Assembly: GCA_040220235.1 (NCBI GenBank)
Contig: JAVJTO010000084.1
Reading direction: 5' to 3' (one strand)
Origin: Coleofasciculus sp. B1-GNL1-01
GTDB taxonomy: Bacteria > Cyanobacteriota > Cyanobacteriia > Cyanobacteriales > Coleofasciculaceae
DNA length: 64,000 bases
Positions within the stretch are counted from its first letter, which is position 1. Every line of letters begins with the position of its first letter. Both the position numbers and the translations under genes were made by a program. Below the pieces are notes generated by a model, which had not been told where the DNA came from, did not search any database, and worked only from the letters and a program-made list of their open reading frames with translations. Shown here piece after piece: positions 1-10,963 of the stretch.

Positions 1-216
1 AATCCTTGCTACGCAAGAATCATGGAGATTAAAAAAAGCAATTCTAATAAAACAAGCTTTTGATTCTGTTGGAGCCTTTGCTACTTAAGAGTTTAAGCTC
101 ATTTAAATTGCTAATTTGCCATAACCAGTCTAAGAGAGCCAAGAAAAAAATGAATATGGCAACTAAAACGCCATAAATATTGGGAAATTGACCCATTCAG
201 CAATTCTCTATTATTA

Positions 217-319
217 TATAGCAATCCTATTTAGGTTGTGGCAATTTTTAAAACTAGAAACCTTGCTATACCTGGGTTTCAAGCCGTTCACTTGTTGCAT
301 CCTATTTAGGATTGCTATA
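217..319. mobile_element. MITE-like element, ~100 bp
   Basis: Imperfect terminal inverted repeats TATAGCAATCCTATTTAGG ... CCTATTTAGGATTGCTATA with TA at both ends; no coding capacity. Confidence 0.55.
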
Positions 320-503
320 CAATAGGTAGAGCAACTTGTCTTTGCCCAATTATTGCAGTATTTCTAAACTATAGCGCTACGCGCTGGCGTATTTACACAT
401 TAGAAATGGAAGCTTTATCAGGAGTGTTTTAGAACATTTGTCCTGTAACTACGCGAGAGGATACTGCTATAGAATTTTTGCCATAAATCTATTATATATA
501 AAA

Positions 504-1373
504 ATGACAAATTTTCCTATTTTTTTCGGACAGTTTACTTTACGCCAACGTCATCAGCTTCCCGAGCAAGCAGGCATTTATTTTGTCCTTGATGAACGCG
601 AACAATTACTTTATATTGGTCAAGCTAAAAGCCTGCGCGATCGCTGGGCAGGAACAACTCATCACCGATACAAGCAATTTGCCAGGAAAGGATTAGATAA
701 AATCATTCTTAGATATATTCTGACTTCCGTTTCTGAACTGGATAAGTTAGAGCGAGAGTATATCGAGCAGCTTAAACCTCTACTGAATGATAGCAAAGTC
801 AAGGAATATCTCCCCAAAACAAGTCCTCGGTTTTCAGAATTGCGACGCTTACTCAAACTCACAAGTCAGCCTCTCTTTCCTTCAGTGATGTCTACGTGCA
901 GCGAGGGAAAGACAATCCCTAGAGACGCTTGGGACTTGTTTCGAGGTTTTGTTGCAGGTGTATATGAAGAACGCCAGCCTTCCATTCTAGTAGTGTGCAG
1001 ACAGAATATGGGAAATATTTTGTTAAAAAGTTCATTACATCGAACTAAAAAGCGCTTTTACATAGAGACAGACCCTAAGTCTGTACCAATTTGTTATTTT
1101 TTCGATGCGAGACAAACAATTTTTGTATTTGTCGAATTATTTAATGATAATTGGGCAGATCAAGTATTCAAAGAGGTTTATCCAAACTTAGTGGATTGCC
1201 AGATCGCTGGCGTTGTCCTTAAGAAACTCGTCAATTCTAATTTATTAATGCCTGCCTTAGAAAAAATAATAGTTAACGGGGACAATGCAGCGCAATCTTA
1301 CCTTTTAAAGGTCTGTAAAAATTTACAACCTTTGCCTGCTGATTTCTCTTTAAACAAGCATATAATTTGGTGA
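504..1373 (+). CDS. GIY-YIG nuclease domain protein with uncharacterised C-terminal region
   Basis: AGIYFV..LLYIGQA..LRDRW..H..LEREYI..LKPLLN signature in the first ~95 aa; ATG at 504 preferred over TTG at 438. Confidence 0.8.
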   Translation: MTNFPIFFGQFTLRQRHQLPEQAGIYFVLDEREQLLYIGQAKSLRDRWAGTTHHRYKQFARKGLDKIILRYILTSVSELDKLEREYIEQLKPLLNDSKVKEYLPKTSPRFSELRRLLKLTSQPLFPSVMSTCSEGKTIPRDAWDLFRGFVAGVYEERQPSILVVCRQNMGNILLKSSLHRTKKRFYIETDPKSVPICYFFDARQTIFVFVELFNDNWADQVFKEVYPNLVDCQIAGVVLKKLVNSNLLMPALEKIIVNGDNAAQSYLLKVCKNLQPLPADFSLNKHIIW

Positions 1374-1493
1374 AATTTATCTCGGTGGCTTGTTTGGAGA
1401 CTTGATCATAGATAAAGACACCCCACCGGGGCGTCTCTACAGATTTTGACTGTCAACGGTTATTAACCGATGCCCTAGGGGATATTATTGGGC

Positions 1494-3374
1494 TTATGCG
1501 CCAACGGGTTGCTTAACTAGCGATCGCGCGGCTTCAACGATGGCATCGGCGTCAATTTTTGCCTCGTGCATCAGTTCTTGAGGTTTGCCAGAACCGGGCA
1601 TAGTTTGTACCGCTAACTTAATTAACTGGAGTTGAGAACCTTGATAGGTGGGTGCGGTATCAACACCAGCAAAGGCGTCCTGTACGGCGGCACCTAAGCC
1701 CCCTTCTAACCAATGATCTTCAACGACAATCAAGTTGCCCTCGGTATCTTGTGCCGCTTGATGCAGGGTTTCTGTATCAATGGGTTTAACTGAATAGGCA
1801 TCAATAATCCGGGCAGTGATACCCTCTTGTTTGAGCCGATCATACGCCTTCAATGCTTCGTGCAAGGTTACCCCGGCACCAATCACCGTCACTTGGTCGC
1901 GATCGCTACTGCGGAGAGTTTTGCTACCACCAATGGGAAATTCTTCCTCTTTTTCATAAATAACAGGCGTTTTCATCCGCGTTGTCCGCAGATAAACGAT
2001 CCCATCCCGGTCAACCATTTGACTCACCAGTTTAGCGGTTTGGTTACCATCACAGGGATACAGCACCGTACTACTCCAAACGGCTCGCATGGATGCCAAG
2101 TCTTCTAATGCCATTTGCGAGGGTCCATCTTGACCAATGGAAATTCCGGCGTGAGACCCCGATAACTTAATATTGGCGCGAGAAATCGCTGCCATTCGCA
2201 CGAAGTCATAAGCGCGACTCAGGAATGCACCAAAGCTAGAGACAAACGGCTTATAATGCCGTGCTTGTAATCCCATCGCTGCACCCACCATCTGCTGTTC
2301 AGCAATGAACATTTCAAAAAAGCGATCGCTATGGGTTTTGGCGAAGAATTTGGCGCGGGTGGAGTTACTTACCTCCCCGTCAAGTGCAACCACATCGGAT
2401 CGCGATGCGCCGATGGCGGCTAATGCTTTACCGTAGGCGGTACGGGTAGCAACGTTCTCTCCTTCGTCGTAGCTGGGGAGTTCCAAGGGTTGCGTCTCGC
2501 CAATGATGGCAGGTTCTCCCTCGTCTTCTGGTTTAGGCACGGAAATCTGAATATTGCGTTGACCGCCTAATTCCTCAATTGCCGCGTTTGCCTTCTCCTC
2601 ATCCAAATTCTTACCATGCCAACCACTCTGATTTTCTACCACAGAGGCACCTTTTCCTTTCACGGTGCGGGCAATAATGACGACAGGTTGGTTATGGATG
2701 GACAGTGCTTCACCGTAGGCTTGCTCAATGTCCTTAAAATCATGACCATCGATTTCAATCGCATGCCAACCAAACGCTCTCGCCCGGGTAGCATAGGCTT
2801 GGGTATTCCAGCCCAGTTCAGTTTGACCCCGTTGACCTAAGCGATTCACATCAATAATTAGAATCAGATTATCCAGATTATAGTAGGAAGCGTGATCAAA
2901 GGCTTCCCAAACTGATCCTTCAGCCGTTTCACTATCGCCTTGAAGTACCCAAACCCGATAGGGAAGTTGATCCAGGTATTTTCCAGCCAAAGCCATACCG
3001 ACACCAACGGATAAGCCTTGTCCCAGAGAACCTGTAGCCACCTCAATTCCAGGGATCAGGGGAACTGGATGACCTTGAACCGGACTGCCAAACTGACGCA
3101 GCGACATCATCTCCTCATCTGACATCACCCCCGCCGCTTTATGCATCGCATAGAGTAAGGGACAAGCGTGTCCTTTTGATAGGATAAAGCGATCGTTATT
3201 CGGGTTATCGGGATGGTCAAAGTCATAGCGGAAATACTTGGACATGAAGACAGCCATTAAATCCGCCGCCGACATGGAGGAGGTAGGATGACCAGAACCC
3301 GCTGCCGTTGTGGAGCGAATACTATCCACGCGCAGTTGTTGAGCGAGTTCGTGCCATTGATTCTGGGTTGTCAT
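1494..3374 (-). CDS. tkt: Transketolase (single chain, 626 aa)
   Basis: GSGHPTSS, SKGHA, ATGSLGQG, GDSE..EG ThDP motif, IAEQ, GQDGPSQ motifs. Confidence 0.93.
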   Translation of the reverse strand: MTTQNQWHELAQQLRVDSIRSTTAAGSGHPTSSMSAADLMAVFMSKYFRYDFDHPDNPNNDRFILSKGHACPLLYAMHKAAGVMSDEEMMSLRQFGSPVQGHPVPLIPGIEVATGSLGQGLSVGVGMALAGKYLDQLPYRVWVLQGDSETAEGSVWEAFDHASYYNLDNLILIIDVNRLGQRGQTELGWNTQAYATRARAFGWHAIEIDGHDFKDIEQAYGEALSIHNQPVVIIARTVKGKGASVVENQSGWHGKNLDEEKANAAIEELGGQRNIQISVPKPEDEGEPAIIGETQPLELPSYDEGENVATRTAYGKALAAIGASRSDVVALDGEVSNSTRAKFFAKTHSDRFFEMFIAEQQMVGAAMGLQARHYKPFVSSFGAFLSRAYDFVRMAAISRANIKLSGSHAGISIGQDGPSQMALEDLASMRAVWSSTVLYPCDGNQTAKLVSQMVDRDGIVYLRTTRMKTPVIYEKEEEFPIGGSKTLRSSDRDQVTVIGAGVTLHEALKAYDRLKQEGITARIIDAYSVKPIDTETLHQAAQDTEGNLIVVEDHWLEGGLGAAVQDAFAGVDTAPTYQGSQLQLIKLAVQTMPGSGKPQELMHEAKIDADAIVEAARSLVKQPVGA

Positions 3375-3804
3375 AATTATTCTTCTTATTGAACGTCAAC
3401 CAAAGGGGGAAAGTTCTCTAACCCCTTGAAATTCAGGATATAAGCCTTAGAGGAGTAAGGCTTAGATTAGGGATATTGCAAAAATTAGATCATGCCCAAA
3501 TCTAGAGGAAATGTCATCAATCGATAGCTACATAAGTAATTGCTACTAAGCCAAGTTCTAATATCCAATCCCTGACTAGGGCAACCATAACCTTAATAAA
3601 TTTGAAGCCTGCTTTACGTCTGCCTTATGGCATAAAAATAGCATTGATATCTTATCTATCTTAGGAGTGACGAATATCCTCGCTGAGGAGTTTTAGCCTA
3701 GTGAAGGCTTCGCTGGTACAGTCGGGTTAAGTTAAAGGGCTTGCCTTGATCAGCCAAAGCCTCAATTAGAAAAATTGAACGATAAAAAAATAAGGAGAAT
3801 TAAA

Positions 3805-4029
3805 ATGCCGACTCAAAGCGAACAAGTTACAGGAGTACAGAACACCAACTATAACCTGGTTAGTGTGTTGTATCACATGCTCAATGGTGCCGCTACTTAC
3901 GATGAGTATATCCAGGATGCCGAGCAATCTGGCGATCAGGAACTGGCTCAGTTTTTACAAAATGTTAAAAAGCAGAATGCCGAGTGCGCTAATAAAGCCC
4001 AAGAGTTACTGGCGCAGCGAATTAAATAG
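3805..4029 (+). CDS. Small hypothetical helical protein (74 aa)
   Basis: AGGAG RBS before ATG 3805; helical sequence YNLVSVLYHMLNGAATYDEYIQDA..GDQELAQF; followed by a terminator-like hairpin. Confidence 0.7.
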   Translation: MPTQSEQVTGVQNTNYNLVSVLYHMLNGAATYDEYIQDAEQSGDQELAQFLQNVKKQNAECANKAQELLAQRIK

Positions 4030-4067
4030 CCGCCAACCAGCGCTATTGGAATAAAATAAAGAAGTTA

Positions 4068-4098
4068 AGCTTCCTTTCTGCATGAGAGGAGGCTTTTT
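4068..4098 (+). terminator. Putative intrinsic terminator
   Basis: AGCTTCCTTTC-TGCAT-GAGAGGAGGCT stem (with G-U pairs) followed by a T run. Confidence 0.5.
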
Positions 4099-4236
4099 GG
4101 CTAGCTATTATCCCGGTTCTCTCAATCTCGGTAGCATTGTCATTGCTTATAAGGGAGGGGGTAAAAGGGTAATGCTTGTGTCCAAATCATTACGACTATG
4201 ATCGACGAATTAATTTAATTTTAGCGAGTTTTTATT

Positions 4237-5754
4237 ATGCATATTGGATTTCTTAACCCACAAGGTAACTTTGACCGCCATGATAGTTACTGGACAGAAC
4301 ATCAAGATTTCGGGGGTCAGCTCATCTATGTGAAAAATGTGGCGGTAGAAATGGCAAAGCATGGTCACAACGTAGACATTCTCACGCGCCAGATTATTGA
4401 CCCAGAGTGGTCTGAATTTTCCGAGAAATTTGATCACTATCCCGATGCACCCAATGTTCGGATTATCCGCTTACCGGCTGGACCCAAAGAATTTCTCCGC
4501 AAAGAATTACTCTGGTCACATCTAGTAAGAGACTGGATACCCAATATCCTACAATTTTATCAAGAAGAAGGGAATTTTCCTGATGTGATGACCAGTCATT
4601 ATGCTGATGGTGGCATATCGGGGGTTTTAATTGAAGCCGAAGTGGGTATTCCTTTCACCTTTACCGCCCATTCTCTGGGGGCGTTGAAGATGGATAAACT
4701 GGAAGTCACACCTGAAAATCTCCCAGAAATGGATGAGTATTATCACTTCGGACGCCGCATCATGGCTGAACGGTTGAGTATGAATCGCTCGGCTGTAAAT
4801 ATTACCAGTACAACGGATCAAGAACGGTTTAAACAATACGCTCATCCTGCCTATCGAGGGGCAGTTGATGTCAACAATGATGCTCGTTTTGCCGAAATTC
4901 CACCGGGAGTTGACCCTTCATTGTTCGATCTTGAATCCCGTTCTCCAAACGAGGAAGAAACCTATCAGTTAATTCAAGAACGATTAGCGCGGGATATTGA
5001 AGAAGAGCGACGAGATTTGCCAGCAATTATTGCAGCTAGTCGATTAGCGCCGAAAAAGAATCATCTGGGTTTAGTTCAAGCCTTTGCTGAGAGTGAAACG
5101 CTGCAAGAAAAAGCAAATCTGGTTATTTTCACCCAGGGGGAAGACAACCCACTGCGGGAACCTGTTAGCAATCATACAGCAGAAAAGGAGGTACTTATTC
5201 CCATACGCGACGTGGTGAACAATAATAACTTATGGGGTAAAATCAGTGGCTTTAGCCTCCCAGATCAACCCGCCCTCGCTGCTGCTTATCGATTTTTTGT
5301 CCAACGTCGTTCTGTATTTGCCCTCACTTCTCACCACGAACCTTTTGGATTAGGTCCAATAGAAGCCGCGTTAGCTGGGTTACCATTAGTCGTGACTCAG
5401 AACAGTGGTTTAAGGGAGAGTTTGCGAGAGGGAGATGAGGTTTATGGTATTCTCATTGATCCAGAGAATCCAACAGCAATTGCCCAGGGTTTAGAAGAAG
5501 TTCTTAGTGATTCTCAACGGTGGGAGAGGTTGCACAACGCCTGTCGCCAGCATGTATGGAACTATTACACTTGGAAGACAACGGCGATAGATTATCTGAA
5601 CTTAATCGAGGAAATTGTCGCCTCACCTAACGCCCGTCGTCCGGATGAATTGTTGCCGATTCATCCCTACTTCCGTGACCCGCGACCTGAAAATGATGTG
5701 TCTTTGGACGAGTTGAAGGAACTCTATTTCCAATCGTCATTGTCTTCATCGTAG
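4237..5754 (+). CDS. Sucrose-phosphate synthase-like GT4 glycosyltransferase without phosphatase domain
   Basis: FLNPQGNFD..DSYWTEH.DFGGQL.YVK, HYADGG, FTAHSLG, EPFGL..IEA motifs; recalled similarity to Halothermothrix orenii SPS. Confidence 0.8.
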   Translation: MHIGFLNPQGNFDRHDSYWTEHQDFGGQLIYVKNVAVEMAKHGHNVDILTRQIIDPEWSEFSEKFDHYPDAPNVRIIRLPAGPKEFLRKELLWSHLVRDWIPNILQFYQEEGNFPDVMTSHYADGGISGVLIEAEVGIPFTFTAHSLGALKMDKLEVTPENLPEMDEYYHFGRRIMAERLSMNRSAVNITSTTDQERFKQYAHPAYRGAVDVNNDARFAEIPPGVDPSLFDLESRSPNEEETYQLIQERLARDIEEERRDLPAIIAASRLAPKKNHLGLVQAFAESETLQEKANLVIFTQGEDNPLREPVSNHTAEKEVLIPIRDVVNNNNLWGKISGFSLPDQPALAAAYRFFVQRRSVFALTSHHEPFGLGPIEAALAGLPLVVTQNSGLRESLREGDEVYGILIDPENPTAIAQGLEEVLSDSQRWERLHNACRQHVWNYYTWKTTAIDYLNLIEEIVASPNARRPDELLPIHPYFRDPRPENDVSLDELKELYFQSSLSSS

Positions 5755-5813
5755 GGGGTGAATTTAGTAAGGTTTGGCGGTAGGGACAGGGCAATGTGGT
5801 GTCATCAGGACTG

Positions 5814-6422
5814 TCACTTATTCAAGCTTTGTAGAAGAATTTCAACGAGCCGATATACGTGTGTTCCTGGTGTAGGAGGCCAATTTTGTGTCGCTGTTGG
5901 ATGTAGCTGCTTGGCACGAGCTACCGCATCTGCGATCTTGGGTTCATCATATAAAGATAGATCAAGTTTACTACTATTGTAACTTCCTAAAAGCATTCTT
6001 AGTCTTGCTTTGAAATTTTTGCAACTTGTATCCTGGGGATTTAAATCGGAAAAGTGTAGACACAACCAAACTTCAAAACAGGGATTGCTGATAGCTAAAT
6101 AATAATTTTTTTGTTTAGCTTCACGACAAACTGAGCTTAAATTTTGAGACGTCCAACGATCTACATCAAAAACCAGCCAAAGCATATCATCGTCATTTAG
6201 ATCATACATCTCCTTAAAGTCATTTAAACGGGCTAAAACATACTGAGGAGCAGATTTATGATCATCTCCTGTAGCTAGGACTTCTACTTTAATTTTGGTA
6301 CTCTGAAACAGACCAAAATATTGCTTTTCGGTGGCTTCTCCTTCAGTAGCAATGATGAAAAGCTTTGCATCTCTTCGATCATGCTGACGATCTAGTAGCT
6401 TGGTTCGATTGATTCTGCTCAT
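5814..6422 (-). CDS. rloB: RloB family (TOPRIM-like) protein
   Basis: IATEGEATEKQYF, VFDVD and SNPCFEVWL.LHF motifs; 14 bp downstream of an ATPase gene. Confidence 0.85.
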   Translation of the reverse strand: MSRINRTKLLDRQHDRRDAKLFIIATEGEATEKQYFGLFQSTKIKVEVLATGDDHKSAPQYVLARLNDFKEMYDLNDDDMLWLVFDVDRWTSQNLSSVCREAKQKNYYLAISNPCFEVWLCLHFSDLNPQDTSCKNFKARLRMLLGSYNSSKLDLSLYDEPKIADAVARAKQLHPTATQNWPPTPGTHVYRLVEILLQSLNK

Positions 6423-6436
6423 TAGTTATAGCTGAT

Positions 6437-7828
6437 TTAAACAGACAAATCAGTTTCACAATTCAACCATCCTAAACGTTGTGGATCTCCAAAGAAAGGA
6501 ATAGCACCAAAACGACCGTTTAAGTAACCTTTTTCAACTTTCAAGTCAGGTCTGATTTTGAATTCGGCTAAAGAATAAAGACTTGATGCACCTTGCTGAT
6601 TCTTTTCAACAAACCAAATCTCATCCCGTCGCAGTAAATCTAAATCGAGTAGGTTAGTGTCATGAGTTGTAAAGATTAATTGATTACTTTTTTTTCTACA
6701 GTTTATTGCTGTTTGCACAAAACAATGAGACAGTAGCGGATGTAATCGTCTATCAAGTTCATCTAAAAAAATGACTTTTTCAGGTTCTTGCTTCAAAAGA
6801 AAGAGAATCGGGATAAGATTAAGTAAACGTTGAGTGCCTTCTGACTCTTCTTCAATTGTGAAATCAATCAGATTTCCGTTGTCATTGCGATGTTTAGTTT
6901 TCAATTGAATTAACCTTACTTTACCCTCTTTATTTTTGCGGATTAGATACCGTTTACCTCGAATATTACTCCCTATTAATGCTAGTGCTTCTTCATCCGC
7001 CTGATTAAGTTCTTGTATTAAATCATCTATGACAAGTTTAGGCATATTTGGAAAATGATAATCAATGTCGAGTTCAATTTCCTCAGTGCTGATCGAATCA
7101 ATCCCTGTTCCGGCAAATCGAAGAAATTCACTGATAAAATTGATATATGATTCATCACCAAGGATGCCAATTTCTAATCCCGGATAGTCAGCCTCGGCTG
7201 GAATAATAGTCAGTGCTTCTCTAAACCAGTTAGCCACCGGAACTAATACATCAACATTGCGGTCAATCGCTTCTGTTAAAAAAAGTTGGTTAGGGCGAGT
7301 CCCTTCAGCCACGAAATCAAGGAATTGTTTGCGTTTATTACTTCTACCTTTAAGAGGCGTGCCATAGTCTAAATTTGTTTCTTTTTTTGAAGAAGTGATG
7401 CGTTCAAAATACATTACTTCTTGTTTTTTGTCATGAGGAATACCATAAAGCCATTCCTCAAAAATTTGTTCTCTATTCAATCTAAATCCATAAGAGTACT
7501 GGATGCCTTGATACGTAAATATACATTCAAATTTACTGGGTTTTTGACTATAATTCCCCAGTTTAAATGGGATAACTGGAATTGATTGAGTGCTTCTAGT
7601 TCCTTCTACAACTAAATCTTTGGCAAACTTTACAGCCTCTATAAGATTTGATTTACCTGCTGCATTTGCCCCATAAATTGCGGCGAGTGGTAGCAGTGAG
7701 CGATCTTTCCCGGCTGCATTGTTAGCCAGATGTTCTAAATGTTTTTGGTCACTGTTAACGCCTAGCATACTGAACGTAACTTCATCTCTAAAAGATAAAA
7801 AGTTTTGTAAAGTTAGTTGAATTAGCAT
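6437..7828 (-). CDS. RloA/AAA_21-type ABC-like ATPase
   Basis: NFLSF, Walker A YGANAAGKSN, signature ESEGT, Walker B IFLDELD..LHP, QLIFTTH, Y..GRFGAIP. Confidence 0.88.
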   Translation of the reverse strand: MLIQLTLQNFLSFRDEVTFSMLGVNSDQKHLEHLANNAAGKDRSLLPLAAIYGANAAGKSNLIEAVKFAKDLVVEGTRSTQSIPVIPFKLGNYSQKPSKFECIFTYQGIQYSYGFRLNREQIFEEWLYGIPHDKKQEVMYFERITSSKKETNLDYGTPLKGRSNKRKQFLDFVAEGTRPNQLFLTEAIDRNVDVLVPVANWFREALTIIPAEADYPGLEIGILGDESYINFISEFLRFAGTGIDSISTEEIELDIDYHFPNMPKLVIDDLIQELNQADEEALALIGSNIRGKRYLIRKNKEGKVRLIQLKTKHRNDNGNLIDFTIEEESEGTQRLLNLIPILFLLKQEPEKVIFLDELDRRLHPLLSHCFVQTAINCRKKSNQLIFTTHDTNLLDLDLLRRDEIWFVEKNQQGASSLYSLAEFKIRPDLKVEKGYLNGRFGAIPFFGDPQRLGWLNCETDLSV

Positions 7829-8196
7829 GATTCTTCACCTATCTGTATCCCACTACTTATTCTATCTATAGTACGATAAAACGGCATTTTAGGAGCAAAA
7901 ATCTCCTAAATACTTAATTCTTGAGCAATTTATCCCTTTCAGTATAGATGGTATACTACTTTCGCCGCGATCGCACTCACCCACACTGGTTGTATCGGGT
8001 GCAGGTCAACGAGAGTTTGGGTCTTTGGAACCTAGACGGAGCCTTGTTTTTGAGTAACCTAACGCCCTCGCGCTTCCTGAACATTACGTGCTTTCCATCA
8101 TGCGTACCCCTTTTAACCTCATTATCGTTAAGGAGAAATCCATTAATTTTGTTGACTCCCCCTTATTTTTTGTTAACCCTGAATAAAGGATAAGGT

Positions 8197-8265
8197 GGTG
8201 GGTTACGGCGGAGTGATCATTAAATGATTTGTTTCCTAAATTGAACACCGCCTAACCCACCCTAC
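8197..8265. repeat. GTAG-type REP-like long palindrome
   Basis: GGTGGGTTACGGCGG ... CCGCCTAACCCACCCTAC inverted arms just downstream of the WD40 gene. Confidence 0.6.
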
Positions 8266-8275
8266 AGATTAAGGT

Positions 8276-10963
8276 TTATCTATCTATATTTACAGGAGTG
8301 TACTTTTGACAAAGGTGGAATGCATCAGAATGAGTCTTGGCGTGAACAGGATTGTCGTTTCCGATTAGGCTGACACACCCTTGCTGCAACAGCTTGTTCA
8401 GATTCAAATTCCACAAGCGAATTGTTCCATCCGAATTCGCTAATGCTAATTGTTCACCATCCGGGGAAAAGCTAACCTTGGCGACTGGATTTTTATGACT
8501 CGGTAAGGCTTTAAGTAATGTACCATTTTGATGCCAGAGTCTGACGCGGTTATCGGTACTTGTCGTGGCTAACATTTGGTTATCTGCACTAAAGCTAAAG
8601 CTGGTGACTGGCTTAGTATGGTGTAAGATGTTCTGCAATGTGCCATTTTTACGCCAGAGTTTCACTGTACCCTCTGTACTGCTAGAGGCAATGAGTTGAC
8701 TATTGGGACTAAATTGGATATCAATAATCGCATCAGTGCTTGCATCAAAGGTGTGGAGTAATTGACCATCCCGACACCGCCACAGTGCGATCGCGCCTTG
8801 GTGATCTACAGTTGCTAGTTTATCACCGTTGGCAGAAAAACGGACATGGGAAATATGGGGACGAGTTAACGTTTGCGCTAATTGATTCTCCAGATATTGC
8901 CACAGTTGAATCTCCTTATCGGTACTAATGGCAATTTGTTGGCGGTTGGGATTAAAACTGATACTGGTTATCGTATCAGCATCAACGTTTACAGTTGCCT
9001 GTCGTTGACCCTTTTGATCCCAAACTTGAATTGTACCATCAGCGCTAGCACTGGCGAGGGTTTGGCTATCGGAACTAAAGCTAAGATTAAGAATGCGATC
9101 GCCTGCTTCCTGTAAGGTATAAACTCGGTTAGATTTATCGGGATCACTCCGATGATGCCACAGCTTTACTGTACCATCCTGATAAGCGACAGCCACCATC
9201 TGACTATCAGGACTAAACTGAAACTGAGTCACTGGGGAAGAATGTCCGGGTAAAGTATTCGGCTGACTGAAACTCGAAATCACTTGATTGAATGCCATAA
9301 TTACCCGCATTTTGGTATCCGCTGTCACGCCGAGAGACTGTTTCAGTTCTTTGGTGGCGCGAATACTTTCGATGAGTGCATCTCGCGGTTTATTAGTGGC
9401 TAAAAGGGATTCGGATAATAAACTCAGGGTATTGATTTTAATATTCCGTTCTTCGATAGAGGGTTTAACCCAAAAGACACTTATTAATACTGTTATAATT
9501 ACCGCCGCTGCCCCCGTGAGATATTGAAATCTTAACTGCTGTTCCCGATTTAATTTCGCTTGGATTAATTTTCGCTGCTGTTGTTCTTTCGTCAATTCTT
9601 CCAGTAATTCTTTTTCGCGACGCAGTTGCTTAATTTCCGCTTGATTTTGGCTTTCGATTTGCCGTAACTGGGTTAGGGTTGCTTCTTGAGACGCCGCGAG
9701 GAAATGATAGTCGCGATCGCTTAAACTTTTCCCTGTCGCCCAATCTTGAGCATCTTGTAAAGCCTGTCCGCGCAATAATCGGGATTCATCTTGACAATCT
9801 GAGGCAAACCAAGCGGTTAACGCTTCACTGTATGGGCGTAATTCAGCCAGGGCATTTTCTACCCAATTGGCGGTAAAAATCGACTGATAAATTCGGTTTT
9901 TGACTCTGAGTTTTCCCCTTTGACAAACCACTAATCCACTCAGGCATAATTGAGCTTGTTCTGGACTCTCATCAGCAATCAGTTCTCCTTGGTGTAAAAT
10001 TCGCTGATAAAGTCCCAATAATCGACCCGCCAATTGCTCATTTTTGAGAATGCGATCGCGGATAGTCCGGATATGGGCAGGTTCATCCTGAGATTCCCAG
10101 TTTTCCAGGAGTTGAGATTGGACAATTTGCCCAATTAAGGGTGAATTTAAATCGTTGATTGAATCATTAATAGTCGAGTGATGCACCCCGACTAGGCTTG
10201 AATGTTGCACCACTACTTTACAGAGTTTTTGGGTTAAGAAAGGTTGTCCACCTGTCCAGGTTAAAATCTCTTGCAATACAGTTTCAGGATGATTAACATT
10301 TCCCGCTAATCCCTGAATCAACGGTTGGCAATCTTGGAATTGAAACCCCTGCAATTCTATCGCCCGACCAATATTAAAAGGGGTGCGAGTGGGGTCACTA
10401 ATTAAATCCGAGGGTGTAGCAACTCCGACTAGGACAAACGTCAGGCGTTGATAATCACTATTTTGGGCGCGTTTATTATAGCAGGCGCGAATCAAGGCAA
10501 AAAAGTCATCGGCAGCTTCCTGCAAGCTGAGAATACTATCGATTTCATCGATAAAAATAACAATAGGTTGAAATAACTCTTTCAGCAGTACCGTTGAAAG
10601 AAGTTCACTCAATCGCTGCACCGGAGACATCCAATCTCGCCCTTGCCACCAATCCATAAATTCCAGGGGATTGAATAGATTAAAGCTATTCAATAACTGA
10701 TAGGCTACACCGCCATACCACTGATCCAGGGATTGGCTACCAATATCCGATAAATCAATTGCAGCACAGGCAAATCCTTCCGCAGATAGCTTTTGCATGG
10801 TGCGAACCAGTAAGCTAGATTTACCCATTTGTCGGGAATTAAGGACATAACAAAATTCTCCAGCTTTGAGTCCTTTATAGAGTTCCGTGTCTGCTTGTCG
10901 GATAATATAGGTGGGGGCATCTTCAGGTAGACTACCACCGATTTGGTAAGGAAAATTAGTCAT
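8276..10963 (-). CDS. AAA-like (AAA_35/STAND-type) ATPase - coiled coil - TM - WD40 repeat protein
   Basis: [15 protein letters not shown] (Walker A), IFIDEID (Walker B), GGQPFLTQK, one hydrophobic helix, ~7 FSPD/DGTVKLW repeats; ATG 10963 overlaps the upstream stop (ATGA). Confidence 0.88.
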   Translation of the reverse strand: MTNFPYQIGGSLPEDAPTYIIRQADTELYKGLKAGEFCYVLNSRQMGKSSLLVRTMQKLSAEGFACAAIDLSDIGSQSLDQWYGGVAYQLLNSFNLFNPLEFMDWWQGRDWMSPVQRLSELLSTVLLKELFQPIVIFIDEIDSILSLQEAADDFFALIRACYNKRAQNSDYQRLTFVLVGVATPSDLISDPTRTPFNIGRAIELQGFQFQDCQPLIQGLAGNVNHPETVLQEILTWTGGQPFLTQKLCKVVVQHSSLVGVHHSTINDSINDLNSPLIGQIVQSQLLENWESQDEPAHIRTIRDRILKNEQLAGRLLGLYQRILHQGELIADESPEQAQLCLSGLVVCQRGKLRVKNRIYQSIFTANWVENALAELRPYSEALTAWFASDCQDESRLLRGQALQDAQDWATGKSLSDRDYHFLAASQEATLTQLRQIESQNQAEIKQLRREKELLEELTKEQQQRKLIQAKLNREQQLRFQYLTGAAAVIITVLISVFWVKPSIEERNIKINTLSLLSESLLATNKPRDALIESIRATKELKQSLGVTADTKMRVIMAFNQVISSFSQPNTLPGHSSPVTQFQFSPDSQMVAVAYQDGTVKLWHHRSDPDKSNRVYTLQEAGDRILNLSFSSDSQTLASASADGTIQVWDQKGQRQATVNVDADTITSISFNPNRQQIAISTDKEIQLWQYLENQLAQTLTRPHISHVRFSANGDKLATVDHQGAIALWRCRDGQLLHTFDASTDAIIDIQFSPNSQLIASSSTEGTVKLWRKNGTLQNILHHTKPVTSFSFSADNQMLATTSTDNRVRLWHQNGTLLKALPSHKNPVAKVSFSPDGEQLALANSDGTIRLWNLNLNKLLQQGCVSLIGNDNPVHAKTHSDAFHLCQKYTPVNIDR

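Noticed and set aside
7948..8193. 81-aa ORF or ncRNA in a GC-richer patch
   Set aside because: No recognisable protein family or RNA motif; the LWNLDG resemblance to WD40 is too short
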